Source of the DNA: Chrysomallon squamiferum
Lineage: Eukaryota > Animalia > Mollusca
Assembly (NCBI GenBank): GCA_012295275.1
Contig: CM022670.1
Location: forward strand, 22,878,001 to 22,942,000
Direction: 5' to 3'
Length of the DNA: 64,000 bases
Shown here: piece by piece, positions 36,155-48,000 of the stretch
Layout: the number at the start of each line of letters is the position of its first letter
How positions within the stretch are numbered: the stretch's first letter is position 1
The notes under the pieces: model-generated
The model's database searches: none
What the model was told of the DNA's origin: nothing
What the model saw: the letters and a program-made list of their open reading frames with translations, nothing else
Position numbers and translations under genes: made by a program

Positions 36155-38345
36155 TAACAATAACAATAATAATAATATTCAGTTAAGAAAACACGGTGAA
36201 ACAAACAACATATTGAACTTACAATTGTTCTCCGACTTAATAAAATACTGTCTTATTTGTTAAGTTACCAACTACTCAACATAAGGACCCAAGATCACAA
36301 ACTAATGACATTTTTAAATACTTTAAAACCTTCAGCAGTATGGATAATTCAATAAAAAAAAAAAAAAAAAAAAAAAAAAATTGTACACGCAATATGACCG
36401 TAAGATAATTTCTATGAAGTCACTGCTGCAGGCACAGATGCATAAATGAGTAATATTTCAAAACTTAACCACATTCATGTTAAACGTAAAATCAATGCAT
36501 GAAAAGATTGGAGATATCCACATGTTTCACACTAACACAGCACTTACATGGTTGTGAAAGACTCATTCCAATCTGTGACAGCAATACACTGTAATTTACT
36601 GTGATTCTGACAAATGAAGTTTTAAAACTGCAGAGTCATTGAAAAAAACAACTAAACAACACAACAAATCAGTTTTCTCTGACAAAAAAAAAAAAAAAAA
36701 AAACAAAAAAAAAAAAAAAAAAAACAGTAAATAAAATAAAAAAATAATTCCATCATAGAACAACACATCATTTATTTAAAACAAAAACTTCATCAGGTTA
36801 AAACATACTCACCCAAATTGATTGATTCTTTTGTGTTAAATAAAACCTACTAGTTGAGAATGTCGTGTGTTTTTAACCAGATTTAGACTTCAGAGAATTT
36901 GATACATCTCTGACACATGTACCGGAGCAGAGACACAAAGTTTCTGAGAACTTGCTAAGACACGCACTCAGAGGAACACCTTGAAAAACACACTTGTGAT
37001 CACCAACCTCACAAACTGGTGACATTATTCACTAACCACAATAATTTTCATTTTTCTATATCACTCCGGTGTAGTGGTGGGTGGGGTTTGAGGAGAGGGT
37101 CGCTTTGGGTTTTTTAATTTAAATACATTAAGAAGAATTATAAAATAATTTGTAAAATTGTTTTTTTTTTTAAAGCAATATGTTGCATTTCGATTTTTGT
37201 TGTTAGTATAGATTATGGTAAAGGTCACGCATTTAATGGTTTGGCCAATAGTTCAAAGTCTTTCATGTAAAGAAATGGAGCGAGACAATCTTCATGCCTT
37301 AAACAAAATCAACATACAGTCTGAAGGGGCAGTGGGGTCAGTAAATTTGTAGGTACAAACAAAGAAGATGAAAACAGCATTGAAATAACAACAGATTTTT
37401 GGAATGTAAGTCATTCTGAAAAAGTGCATACACACACACACACACACAAGGAAGCTTACAGCAAAATAAAAACCCTTCAAGATGAAAACTATATATATAT
37501 ATATATTTATATACATACACTAATCTAACTTAAAACAAAGTCTGTAAACCCCAAAATTATAAATTACCATTGATTCTCTGTACTGGCTATTTTCACAGAA
37601 ACTACTGCACTCAATATTAATACATTATAAACCTTTTTTATGTGCAAACATTTTTGCAAAGCAAAAACTTACAAATTAATAAATTATTTTCAGATTATAA
37701 AATTAAAACAACAATTTTTTTCAGTTAAATACCTGATTTCATAAAAAAAAAAAATCAGTTCACACTTGGTGAACTCGTCACTTACCTGAGAGGTGAAAAT
37801 CACAAGTTTACCTGTCAGAACTAACATTGAAATGAAGTATGCAACAGCCCGTACTAATCTTAACGCTTGAAGGAATCTACATTGTGATATGCTCCATCTA
37901 GGTCTGTTATGTGTCACCCACCCAAACAAACATACCTCTGTCAGCCCTCTTAGAATATACACCTTCATCATGAAGTTTCTATATTTAGCTTTGTCATGTA
38001 TGAAACATTATCACTTTTTTACTGCTAATCACAGAATCATTTGTAACTTATTTATTTCATGTCATGCTAAACTCACTGCATTGTATTGTTCTTGGATCTA
38101 TTTATATATATATATATTTTTTTTTTTTTTGTAATTAAAAGTATTTAGATAATACTAAATAGATACCTATGCATTAACACGTGGATGAAAATTTAGTAAA
38201 TATAGTGAATGAATATTTATATATTTGTTTATAATTATTTATCACTGTTTCATTATTATTTAATTTACAAAAACAGTATAGGTAATTTGTAAAACCTAAA
38301 TTACAGAATTACAAAACTCAATATATTATATACTTTACTGATTTA

Positions 38346-38396
<51 letters not shown>

Positions 38397-39468
38397 AATA
38401 ATAATAATAATAATAAAACACCACTATTTTCTGCTGACAGAAATATTTACAGATAGTGAAGGATTAAAACAGTAATTTTTACAGCTTCTGCTTTGAAAAC
38501 TGTTTCAAAACCCATTTCATTTGTATAATTTTCCAGCTTTGATAAAAATTAAAAAACAATAAAAATAACAAATTTAAAATTGAATGTAGAAAGAAGTCTA
38601 GACATCATCATATGTCACACGATATCAAACCACAGAAACTGCGCCATTGATGTTAATTCTCGTTATAGAATATTATAGAAAATCATTTTTTCGTAAACCT
38701 ACCTCAAAGATCATTTCTGTCTTCAAAACATTTTAATCGAGTTGCAGGTTTGATCACGTATTTCAGTAAAACAAAATTAAAAAAATGTATTCCTTAGAAA
38801 TTTTCCATTGCGAGAAACACTTTAGTTTAAATCGAAATTGTTGGCATAATCACAACTGCATTTAGAAAAGGTGTTTTTTTTTTCTTTTTTTCTTTTTTTT
38901 TTTTTACAGATGAGTTTTGACACATTACATAAATTTCGTCTTTATTTATCCATCAAAACCTATCTAGGTCTTCCTGTGAAATCTTCAAACAGACATGGTT
39001 GGTGTTTGGATGTAAACATGGTTAACATGGTGACAGTCAAACATGTTAAAGTGTCAGCAGTGAACTTTAATGTATCTCATCATCAAAGGACCCATTGTGC
39101 AACGGAACATAACATGAAGAGTTATTGTTCATTTGTTTGCTCAGTGCATTCACGTTAAAAAATACTGACAGGTATCAATACTGCAACGATTATATTGAAA
39201 TGAAAGTCTTTAATGATTTCAGATCAGTATTCATATTAAAAATCTTTGTCAATAACATGCACTCTTAGCATTTTACTAGTAAATGAAATCTAGTCAAAAT
39301 CCAAGCATTCTGGGGTTTTTTTCGACTCAGATTTTACGTTTAATGTGATAAAGTGTTATTTATTGTAATTTTTAAATTTATTTATTTATTGATTTTACAC
39401 TTTTATTTATTTATTATGTTCTGCTAACACCACTTAGAGAATCATATAAACACACACACACACACAAA

Positions 39469-39521
<53 letters not shown>

Positions 39522-42500
39522 TTATTAAATGAGCAAATTTAATTGGAGCTTACATCTGCAATCTTGTTATTTTAATTTTACCTTCTGGCAATTACTTTAT
39601 TATAGGAAATGAAAGAGTACGTCTACAGCTAACGGCTGTATTTTTATACATAGATCAATAAGTCTGTGTTATGAAAGTTAAAGTGATTTTCTAAAATAGT
39701 AGACTTTTTTTTCTTTTTTTGCTGCAATAAACAGTATTTCTTCTATTTATAAGAAAACAAAATGACAAAATTCCTTACAAAAATAACATTCAGTTTATAA
39801 CATACTTCAGACTGAAACTAGCAGTTGAGTTGGAAAATATTTATTTTATAAACCTAATTAATTATTTTATTAATTTTAATTTTATTAAAAGATAAATAGT
39901 AAATCAAATGCAATAAAGATTTATGATTATCAATGGCAAATATAATCTAAATTTAATTAATTTATTCAGATTTTGCCATAAAATGGCTGATATGTTCATT
40001 ATGGATGGGAAATTTCAATATGTCAAAAATATTTTGCATAAAGTATTACGTTCCAGATTTTGGACTGTTGGTAAAAAATTGTCAAAGGGATAATTATTAG
40101 ACCTTTGTTCTTCATCAAAGTATGATGAACCAAACAGAACAGACTTGATGTAACTGGAAATGGAATTGGCTGAAGATTCCTGCATTATTTTTTATATTGA
40201 CACACATAATTATGAGCTTTACCTTTATATTATGCACACAGACAAACAAACATATACACATTTTTTTTTTAAAAAAGGATACATGTTTTCTGGCAACTCA
40301 GTTTATGTAGTTAATTTAAACAAGCAGTAAACTACATTAAAATTATTTAGTCAGTGATAGGACCTCCTTTCAGACAAAATATTATCAGCAAATACTGGAG
40401 TTACTTCAAGATTTCAGAGTGAGAAATAATAAGTATACATTAAAATTGTAACACAGTTAATGTAAATATTTCATCCTGAACTTGTTTTCAAATCCAAAGA
40501 AAGAAACAAGCAATGAAATCAAGGAATTTTCAAGACATCTTCAATGACATTAAATGATAGTAAATGTGAAGTGTTCCTAATATCAACAATTTCATGTGTT
40601 GACTTATTATACCTCTAAAGATCTGAATCATTTCAAAAGTTGTTTTAATTTTTTTTTTTTATTATTCAAAGAAAGAAGAGAAATACAGAGCTAAGAAATA
40701 TTTAAAAAACTAAAGAAAATATAAAAAAGAGAAGATAATGAAGAAGAAAGAAAAAAGAAAGTAAACACAATTTATAAAAGAGAAATATTTTTTAAAATAA
40801 AATTGAATGAAAAATTACAGATATCAAATTGTTAAGTTTTGAAAATAAAGAAGAGAAAAAAAAATCAAACAATAAAGTAAAAAAAACAAATATTATATTA
40901 CCATAAATATTGCCTGTATTAAATAAAAAATGAATGACAATAATAAATTTTTTATTTATTATGTTTATACATACTTAATATAAAAATTTAATATCTTTCT
41001 GTCACCTACTAAATGAGTTTATTATATTTTTTCTTTCTTAAAATTTCACTGTTGAAGAAAAGAAACATGAACACAGTGAACACAAGAACAGTTTGCTTGA
41101 TGATGTCACTGTAAAAGAGATAAATTACTTACTACAATCCACTTCTGGTGTCTCGTGCCAGTGACTTGGAGTTAGTATCGAACGCGTCTCTCTTTCTCAT
41201 TGTGGCCTGCGAGATCACTGCTCTCCTTTCCATCTCCAGTTCTTGCAACCTTTCTTGATTGAAATCATCTGGGCTTGATGCCTCACGCTTTACCACAAAA
41301 TTTGGTTTCTGAACAATGTCAGCAAACTGCCTGGCTTTACCGAGCAGTTCTTCAGAATCATATATCTTCCCCTTGGGAGATGTCATTCCATCTGAAGGAC
41401 TTCTTGGAGACGAGCTATTTGAAGCAACAAACTCAGCTTTGGTCGACCTTGGCTCATTGTCAACTGTATCTGCCTTACTGTTGCTGTCATACAAATTTAA
41501 ACTCAAATCTGATTTTTTATCATGAAGTGTTTGTTTATAGCTTGAGTTGTCAGAGTTCTCTCCCTTAGCCTCTTTTAAACTGTTATATGAAACAAGGTGA
41601 ATTCCTTCAGCTTGATTATCCGGAGAAGTGGGTAAGCTTGACACAATGACACCACTGTCACCTGTGAGAATAATAATTTCATGTGATTAATAATTAACAG
41701 TGTCATAAAGATGTCATGCATTTGTATTTCATACATTAAAAACACAACAGATTTTGTAAATAATAATAAAAATTAGAGTTTTAAAAACATTTAAAAATAT
41801 GTTACAAATATGGCTCTGTTGTAAAGTAACTGTGATAAACAATTTAAATAAAAATGTATTACTGGTATGCATTTTCATATTTTTAAAAATTAATTAGATA
41901 TTTAATGAATTACATACCTGAGAATCTTTCATTTGGAGAAAATGTAGCACTAAAACTTGATTCATCTTCGGAAGGCAGTGAAATCTGGTCGTCTGGTGAT
42001 TCAGTCACCGATGACTTGATTTCTCCAAAACCAACATCAGATGAGCTTTCTTTTTTCTCATCACCAACCTTGCTGATACCAGAAGATAATTTGTCCAAGC
42101 CAAAGAAATCTGCTCTCATCTCTGCAACAGTTTTATTCTGGGATTCCATCATGGAATCACTCTGAATGTCACCAGTAGATTTCGTTGTTATTTTGCTACT
42201 CTGCTCATCACCGCAATCTTCTCTGTTTTCATCTGCAGCAATCTGGCCATCAGGTTTTAGTAATGGTGGAGGAGCAGATGCAGGCAAAGGTGGGGGCTCC
42301 GAGTTACCAGATTCTATACTTGCAACTGAAATATTGTCTGGCTGTGGATTTAATTCAGCCAACAGATCTAGCTTTACTGCTTCTCCAACTAAAGGCTTTG
42401 ATGGTGAAGACAGTTTCAAATCTTCCTTAACACTAATGGAAGGAACAGAAGGAACCAAGTCTTCTGATAAATCCATCTTAATTTCTGTAGTATTTACTGG

Positions 42501-45308
42501 TTTTTCGTCTTCTTTCTTGCTCTGGGGAGGACGAGGGGCTGCAGTTTTCTTTGTGCTCTTTGATTTCACTGGTTGTTGTACTGGTTGTTGTACTTCAGAA
42601 ATAACTGTTGTTTGTTTATCTACTTTTAATTCAGTGCTTTCATCTGGAACATTCAATTTAGGTTCAGGCATTATCACTGTTCCTTTATTTTCTTGAGTCT
42701 GAAATTGTGCTTGGCTTGCCTTAAAAAAGGACAGTTCTGTTTGCCTGAGATTATCTCTGGATTCCTGTGTACTTGGAAAAATAATGGGATGCTTTATAAC
42801 AACAGTTTCTTCAATTACTGTCACAACTTCGTCAGCACTACTGAAGTCTGACTCAATAACATGTTTCTGTTTCAAAAGCTTTGTTTCTTTGCTTTTTCTT
42901 TTAACCAGTTCTATTTTAACATCCTTTGGTTGTTTTACTATCTTGACTGGAGAAATGTCTTCTGTGGGAGATATATTTGTTGTTGGGATTTCTTCTAACT
43001 GTTTATCACTTTGCTGATAGGATTTAACTCTGTCAGTAGAACTTTCAGTTTTCTCTGATGGTTTACTTTCTTTGACTAATAGCTGTATTTCACCTTTATT
43101 GTTGTTAATGGGTTTTTCAGAGTTTGGTGAATTTTTAAAATCCGAATCACTTTTCTGGACCAAAGACTGTTGTTCTGACTCTGAAGAAACAGTCTCAGTA
43201 TTTACACAAGTCTGTTCTTTAAAACTGTCAGTGTCATTAAACAATGGCGATGCTCTCAGAGCTGCAAACACTTCAGACTCTAGCGAGGAAGAAAGAATCC
43301 CCGAATCCTTGCTACTGTTTTTGGAATCAGATGTTTCAACAAAGTTAGTGGGGTTATCTTTTTCTAAGCTTCTTTTTCTTTCTAATGATGCCCTTCTGGT
43401 TGATGAGGTGGGTTTAGAATTGGTAGAACTAGCTTTTAAACTGACTGGAGATACTGGGCTTACAGGACTGCTAACACTGTCTCTTGGAGAAGTCTTTTCC
43501 GAAGATTCTCTGCGTTTTTTCAGCCTTGGAGGTGGCTTAGGTAGATCCTTGCTTGCTTGATTAGGTTCAGTTTTCAAACTGATTTCAACACTGTTCTGAC
43601 CAACTTTCACATTTTTAACTGCAGTAGTTGACTGATCTGGTGTGAATTCAGAATGCAACTGTTCATTATGTAATTTTGGAGAGACAGGTGGAGGACTGTT
43701 ACTTGAAATAGATTTATTTGACACTTGTTCAGAAGATAATTCTTCATCAGATAATACCGCTTTAGGAGATACTGGAGGGGCAGGTGCTCTGGTCTTTTTC
43801 AGGGACGCGTAACGAGGTGATGTACATTCAGGTGATGATGCAGCAGGTTCTGATGACTTCTGATTATTTAATAATATTTCTGATAATGACTCCGATAATG
43901 ACTCTGATAATGATGATGTTTTTGTTGATTGTCCTTTCAAAGATTTTCCCTCAGATGTTTTCTTTTCTGCAAGTGGTGATCTTTTGTAAACTTTATCAGA
44001 AGTTTTTTCTGAAGAAGTTCTCAAAAACCTACTTGGTCTTTCAGGAGGACTGAGTTTCTCTGGTGAAGATTCTTGTTTTGTGACTGATTTGTGATCAGCT
44101 TTTGAACTTGATTTGTGATCAGATTTTGTATCTGATTTATGATCAGCTTTTATATCTGTTTGATGATCAGATTTTGAACTTGACTTATGTTCAGATTTTG
44201 AACTTGATTTATGATCAGTTTTTGTGTCTGACTTGAGTTCAGATTTTGAACTTGACTTGTGATCAGTTTTTGTATCTGACTTGAGTTCAGATTTTGAACT
44301 TGACTTGTGATCAGTTTTTGTGTCTGTCTTGAGTTCAGATTTTGGACTTGAGCCGTGTTCTAAATGAAGTGACCTCCTGTTCTGTCTGTACTCTCTGGCA
44401 GCTCGCGTGGCCTCGTCGTCTGTTTTGATGTGGTAGCTGCGGCGTTTCACACCTTCGCTCAACTCAGCCTTTCGACGACTGTGTCGAACCCGTTCTGTTC
44501 TCAACTCTTCCTCCTTACTTCGTTTCCTCGCTGAGTAGTCCTCAGGGTTTTTCTGGAAAGAAAACATGGACATCAGAATAATATACTTTAAAATATACAG
44601 TGGTTTATCTTCAAAAAAAAAGGAATAGATGATTTCTCATATTTAATGTAGGCAGGGTTTGCTCATTATTTCAAGCAAATGAAGAATGTTTTTGGTCATT
44701 ATCATTGGGATTTTTTTTTGTTAACAGTTCATGAAACAATCTGATAAAATCCTTTCTAATTGCATTGATTTGTATATTTATATATTTCATATAAATTAAT
44801 TATTATTACTGTACAATTAAAAAAATACAAAAAAAAAGCCACAATAGAATGGCAATGGCTTTCAATACCCAGTATTTTCATTATGGGATTTGGTAAATTT
44901 TGCACAAATCAAACAGTTTTGGCTGTATTAAATTCAGTAGCACGTCAGATTACTGTTGTGTAATCTACTAACTATGCCCAGGTAACAAAGTGAAGCCCAC
45001 CTAATGCTGATGACAATCATTCTGCCTCCAAGACATATTCTAAGTAACAAGATATCAAGGCCAGCTCTTAGCAAAGATCTTTTCAAGCAGAATAGATAAG
45101 ATTATGTAGCTTGCCGAATTGAAAGGATCAGTTTAGCACAACAAGCCTATTTAAGCATTATGAGATTCTGTGTTCAAATTCGTTTAACCAGACATTTCAA
45201 TACCACATCCATGGTTCTTCACCAGACATTAAGTACTGAGTTTATAAAACAACAAGAAAAAGAAACAAACAAACAACAACAATAAAATAATAATAATAAT
45301 AATAATAA

Positions 45309-45339
<31 letters not shown>

Positions 45340-48000
45340 AAGAAGAAGAAGAAGAAGAAGAAGAAGAAGAAGAAGAAGAAGAAGAAGAATAAATAAATAA
45401 ATAAACAAATAAATAAATAAAATTAAATTAAATTAAATTAAATTAAAAAACAATACATGTATAAACACTTAGATTATTCCATCTGATCTGCTAAAGAAAA
45501 ATAGTTTAGTACACACTGCTTTGTAGAAAATATTCTGAATGAAAATGTCCACTATTGTCCACATATGAGATATTTTACTTCTAAAAGTATGAAATGTGAT
45601 GAACATACAATAATAATAGTAGTAGTAGCATGTTCCTAAAAACATAAAATTTAAAAAAAAAAAAAAAAAATAAAAATAAGAATTGTAAATAAATCAATGA
45701 AATACATTAAAGACTTCTGAGATATTATTTCACAAGGACACCATTAAAAAAAAAAAAAAAAAAAAAAAAAATTAAAAAACGAAATAAAATAATATTAAAT
45801 AAATAAAGGGAAAAAATAATTGATTAATTAAAATTAATAATAATAAAATGAAAAAAATTAATAATAATAAAATTTAGTTTTAAAATGAATTCTGAACATA
45901 TTTTTGTTTTTTAGGGGAAAAAAATTGTAAATAAATCAAAAAAACATTAAACATATTTGAGAAATTATTTAAAAAAAATAAAATAAAATAAAATAAAACT
46001 AAATAAATAAATAAATAAAGGGGAAAAAATTAATTAAAAACTGAATAATAATAATAATAAAAAAATAATATAATTAAATCAATGAAACATGTTAAAGATA
46101 TCTGAGAAAATATTTCACAAGGACAAAAAAAAAAAAAAAAAAAAAAAATAATAATAATATTAATAAAAAAAATAAATAAATAAATAAAAATAAATAAAGT
46201 AAAAATACAAAATGGAATTCTTAACATAATTTTGTTTCAGGATTTGTAAGATAATTGTGGTCAAAACCTCAAGAGTTGTATATTTATTGCCTCCAGCTAA
46301 CATTCTCGTAGTTACCATCTTAGCTGACAGCAAGTGATAATTTGTATTTATCTACAAAGAAACTTCTGAAATGATGTCAGTCACACAAAACAAAGAGTCA
46401 ACAATAAACGTCAAGCCTTGCTGTTTATTTTTTATTTCTTCCAGTGATGGAAAATAATAACTCCAGTGTAACAGCAAGAAAATTATACACACCCTAAACA
46501 GCATTTCTATCTTCCTTAAAATAAGAAATAATACACTTTGGTTTACATACAAGGAAGTGTTCGGTTTTGAGTGAGTAAAACATATCAGGTTCTTAAATAA
46601 CACCAGTAGCAATTGGGTATCCTCCCTTTTTTTACACATCCCATTTGTTTTCACTTTACTTTATATTCAGCACTGTGTGTATATTAGTGGAATAATCTCA
46701 TAATAAGTCAAATGAACAGAAAGAACTGAATACAGCTATTAAGTTAATATATTTATTTTCCAAGTGATTGAGATGATAATGCATAATTATAAGTCAAGAA
46801 TGTATATGATAGGTAGCAATTCTTTCAGTTGGTTGTTCTTCTCTATAAATTCTGTGTGAACTAGTGTATTTGTGTGTATGTAAATGTGTGTGTGTGTATG
46901 TGTGTGTGTGTGTGTGTACATGTGTGCATGTGTGTATGTGTTCACCTATTTGAAGACACCATAATTAAATTATATTTTTCATTATCAAAAAAAAATAAAT
47001 CACATACCATAAATCAGTCAAGAAAATCAATTATTAATGGAACAAAGATACTTTTTATTGATATTTTTAAAAATCAGTAAATCACAAAATCTATCTAAAT
47101 GAAACTGAAAAGGTCAAATACACAGACCTTTTCATTCTTTATTCTGTATATTACTTGCTGAAGAAAAATAATGTAGTTTGGTAAAATATCAAATTATTAA
47201 AATATTTGTGACAGTTACAGAAGTTTGTCTTAATTTAAAATAATGAAAATCCTTAACAAGAAACTTGTTTTTTCAAGTAGACTATCTCTTATTTGCTTGC
47301 TTCCAGAAGAAAAGAAAAAAATGTCAACACTGAATTAAAGATTCTAAGATTAACATAATAACAATAAAAAATATTGATTTTCACACTTTATATGAACTCA
47401 TCTTTTTATATATGTACAATTATTTATTCCCTTTTTCTTACAGATAATTTTATCAAAGAGAATTTCCTATGATAATATACCTTTAGGATACAATTACTTT
47501 TCAGCTGAACCTAAAATCTAACTTCAACTTATGTTTTTAAATGTTGTAATCTTTTAAAAAAATAATATTTAATCTTTCAACTATACCTTAAATTATGTGA
47601 ATTTGAAATGTTGAAATAATAAAATACAAAAAATAAAGTTTTAACTTCACTATACTCACACCGTTAGTCAGTTAATTCACTTGTGTGTGTCCTTGCTACA
47701 AAAGAAATACACCCAAGAGGATGTGCTACATCACAACCTGGTTGTAACTCCATCCATGCATTTGCACATCTTATATCTTTGACCTCTAGACTTGGATTTC
47801 TAAAACATTTAGATGTCACGAAGGTGATTGAGATTTTAAAACACATAACTCATCTGAAATTTTATCCAAGCTGTCTTTTTGGACTTCCTTTTTAAGTAAA
47901 AAAAAAATTTCAATTTTTTCTATGGATTAGACAGTTCAATAATTGATTTTAACAACATTTATTTGCAACTTACCTTAAGAGCACGCAATCCTTTTAACAT
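19348..48000 (-). CDS. MISP/AKAP2 (PALM2-AKAP2, AKAP2_C-domain) family protein, long isoform; exons 48000..47974, 44552..41918, 41661..41133, 25882..25209, 24087..22878 (with frameshift), 19486..19348
   Basis: Motifs recalled from MISP/AKAP2 occur in the family order: ELEMERRAVISQATMRK, ESIANLESTRKQW, ETPIEREIRLARERENEFRRSKGL, SRLQHEIIAQKQRELDLRKEG, SKIERELREMREREDELR, and C-terminal KRVNLAAQWEQ. The exons have canonical GT/AG ends. One phase junction (41133 to 25882) is unresolved. Confidence 0.7.
22878..24087 (-). CDS. MISP/AKAP2-like exon carrying four further EREIR/ERELR-type repeats; contains an apparent frameshift near 23075
   Basis: NAGNAG acceptor ttcag|cag. The first frame is open to 23008. 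A second frame resumes as EAASDTSS...ESKIERELREMREREDEL up to donor AG|GTGAGT. Confidence 0.85.
24914..25116. repeat. intronic ~50-bp tandem repeat, 4 copies (aacatttaggattatctgtctatgaatttagtgttttctaacctgacaaac)
   Basis: Direct visual alignment of units starting near 24914, 24957, 25008 and 25059. Confidence 0.92.
25209..25882 (-). CDS. MISP/AKAP2-like exon (DSADENV...SAIEREIRLALEREE...EVAEE)
   Basis: Acceptor ttctgttttcgtag (phase 1), donor GAG|GTAATA (phase 0), stop-free. Confidence 0.9.
27043..27096. repeat. (TG)n microsatellite
   Basis: Read directly. Confidence 0.95.
27686..27778. repeat. compound pentanucleotide repeat (AAAAT)n(GAAAT)n
   Basis: Read directly. Confidence 0.9.
29739..29805 (-). 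CDS. candidate alternative first exon (METFSSRAVLILKPTTATPPNL)
   Basis: gatATGG in strong Kozak context, 22 codons plus G, donor TGG|GTGAGT in phase 1, locally GC-rich. Confidence 0.65.
34502..34544 (-). CDS. candidate alternative first (or linker) exon (MPIWIKVTPGKPFE)
   Basis: ATG at 34544, 14 codons plus G, strong donor AAG|GTGAGT. Phase 1 matches the acceptor at 25882. Confidence 0.5.
35998..36177. repeat. (AAT/AAC)n low-complexity trinucleotide tract
   Basis: Read directly. Confidence 0.9.
38346..38414. repeat. (GAT)n(AAT)n microsatellite
   Basis: Read directly. Confidence 0.9.
39450..39520. repeat. (AC)n microsatellite
   Basis: Read directly. Confidence 0.95.
41133..41661 (-). CDS. 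MISP/AKAP2-like exon (GDSGVIVSSLPTSP...ELEMERRAVISQATMRKR...RSGL)
   Basis: Acceptor ttctcacag in phase 1 matches the upstream exon. Donor TA|GTAAGT is phase 2. Confidence 0.85.
41918..44552 (-). CDS. 2635-nt exon encoding an S/K/E/P-rich disordered region of the MISP/AKAP2-like protein
   Basis: Stop-free 878-codon frame, acceptor ttctttccag, donor CAG|GTATGT, phase 0 to 1. Confidence 0.9.
44075..44345 (-). repeat. coding 48-bp tandem repeat (SELKSDTKTDHKSSSK x3) with degenerate shorter HKS/DHK units
   Basis: Near-identical DNA units and a 16-aa periodicity in the 887-aa ORF. Confidence 0.9.
45286..45446. repeat. (AAT)n(AAG)n(AAAT)n(AAATT)n compound microsatellite
   Basis: Read directly. 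Confidence 0.92.
45681..46238. repeat. diverged local duplication (three partial copies of aaatcaatgaaa..ttaaaga..ctgaga..tatttcacaaggaca followed by poly-A)
   Basis: Similar blocks at ~45681, ~45922 and ~46076. Confidence 0.75.
47974..48000 (-). CDS. candidate first coding exon of MISP/AKAP2-like gene (MLKGLRALK)
   Basis: ATG at 48000, nine codons, perfect donor AAG|GTAAGT. Phase 0 matches the acceptor at 44552. Confidence 0.6.

Noticed and set aside
41275-44053. Several plus-strand ORFs antisense to the large exons (also 22999-23557, 25390-25836, 60095-60385)
   Set aside because: They are expected shadow ORFs of S/E/K-rich coding sequence, with no splice or homology support.
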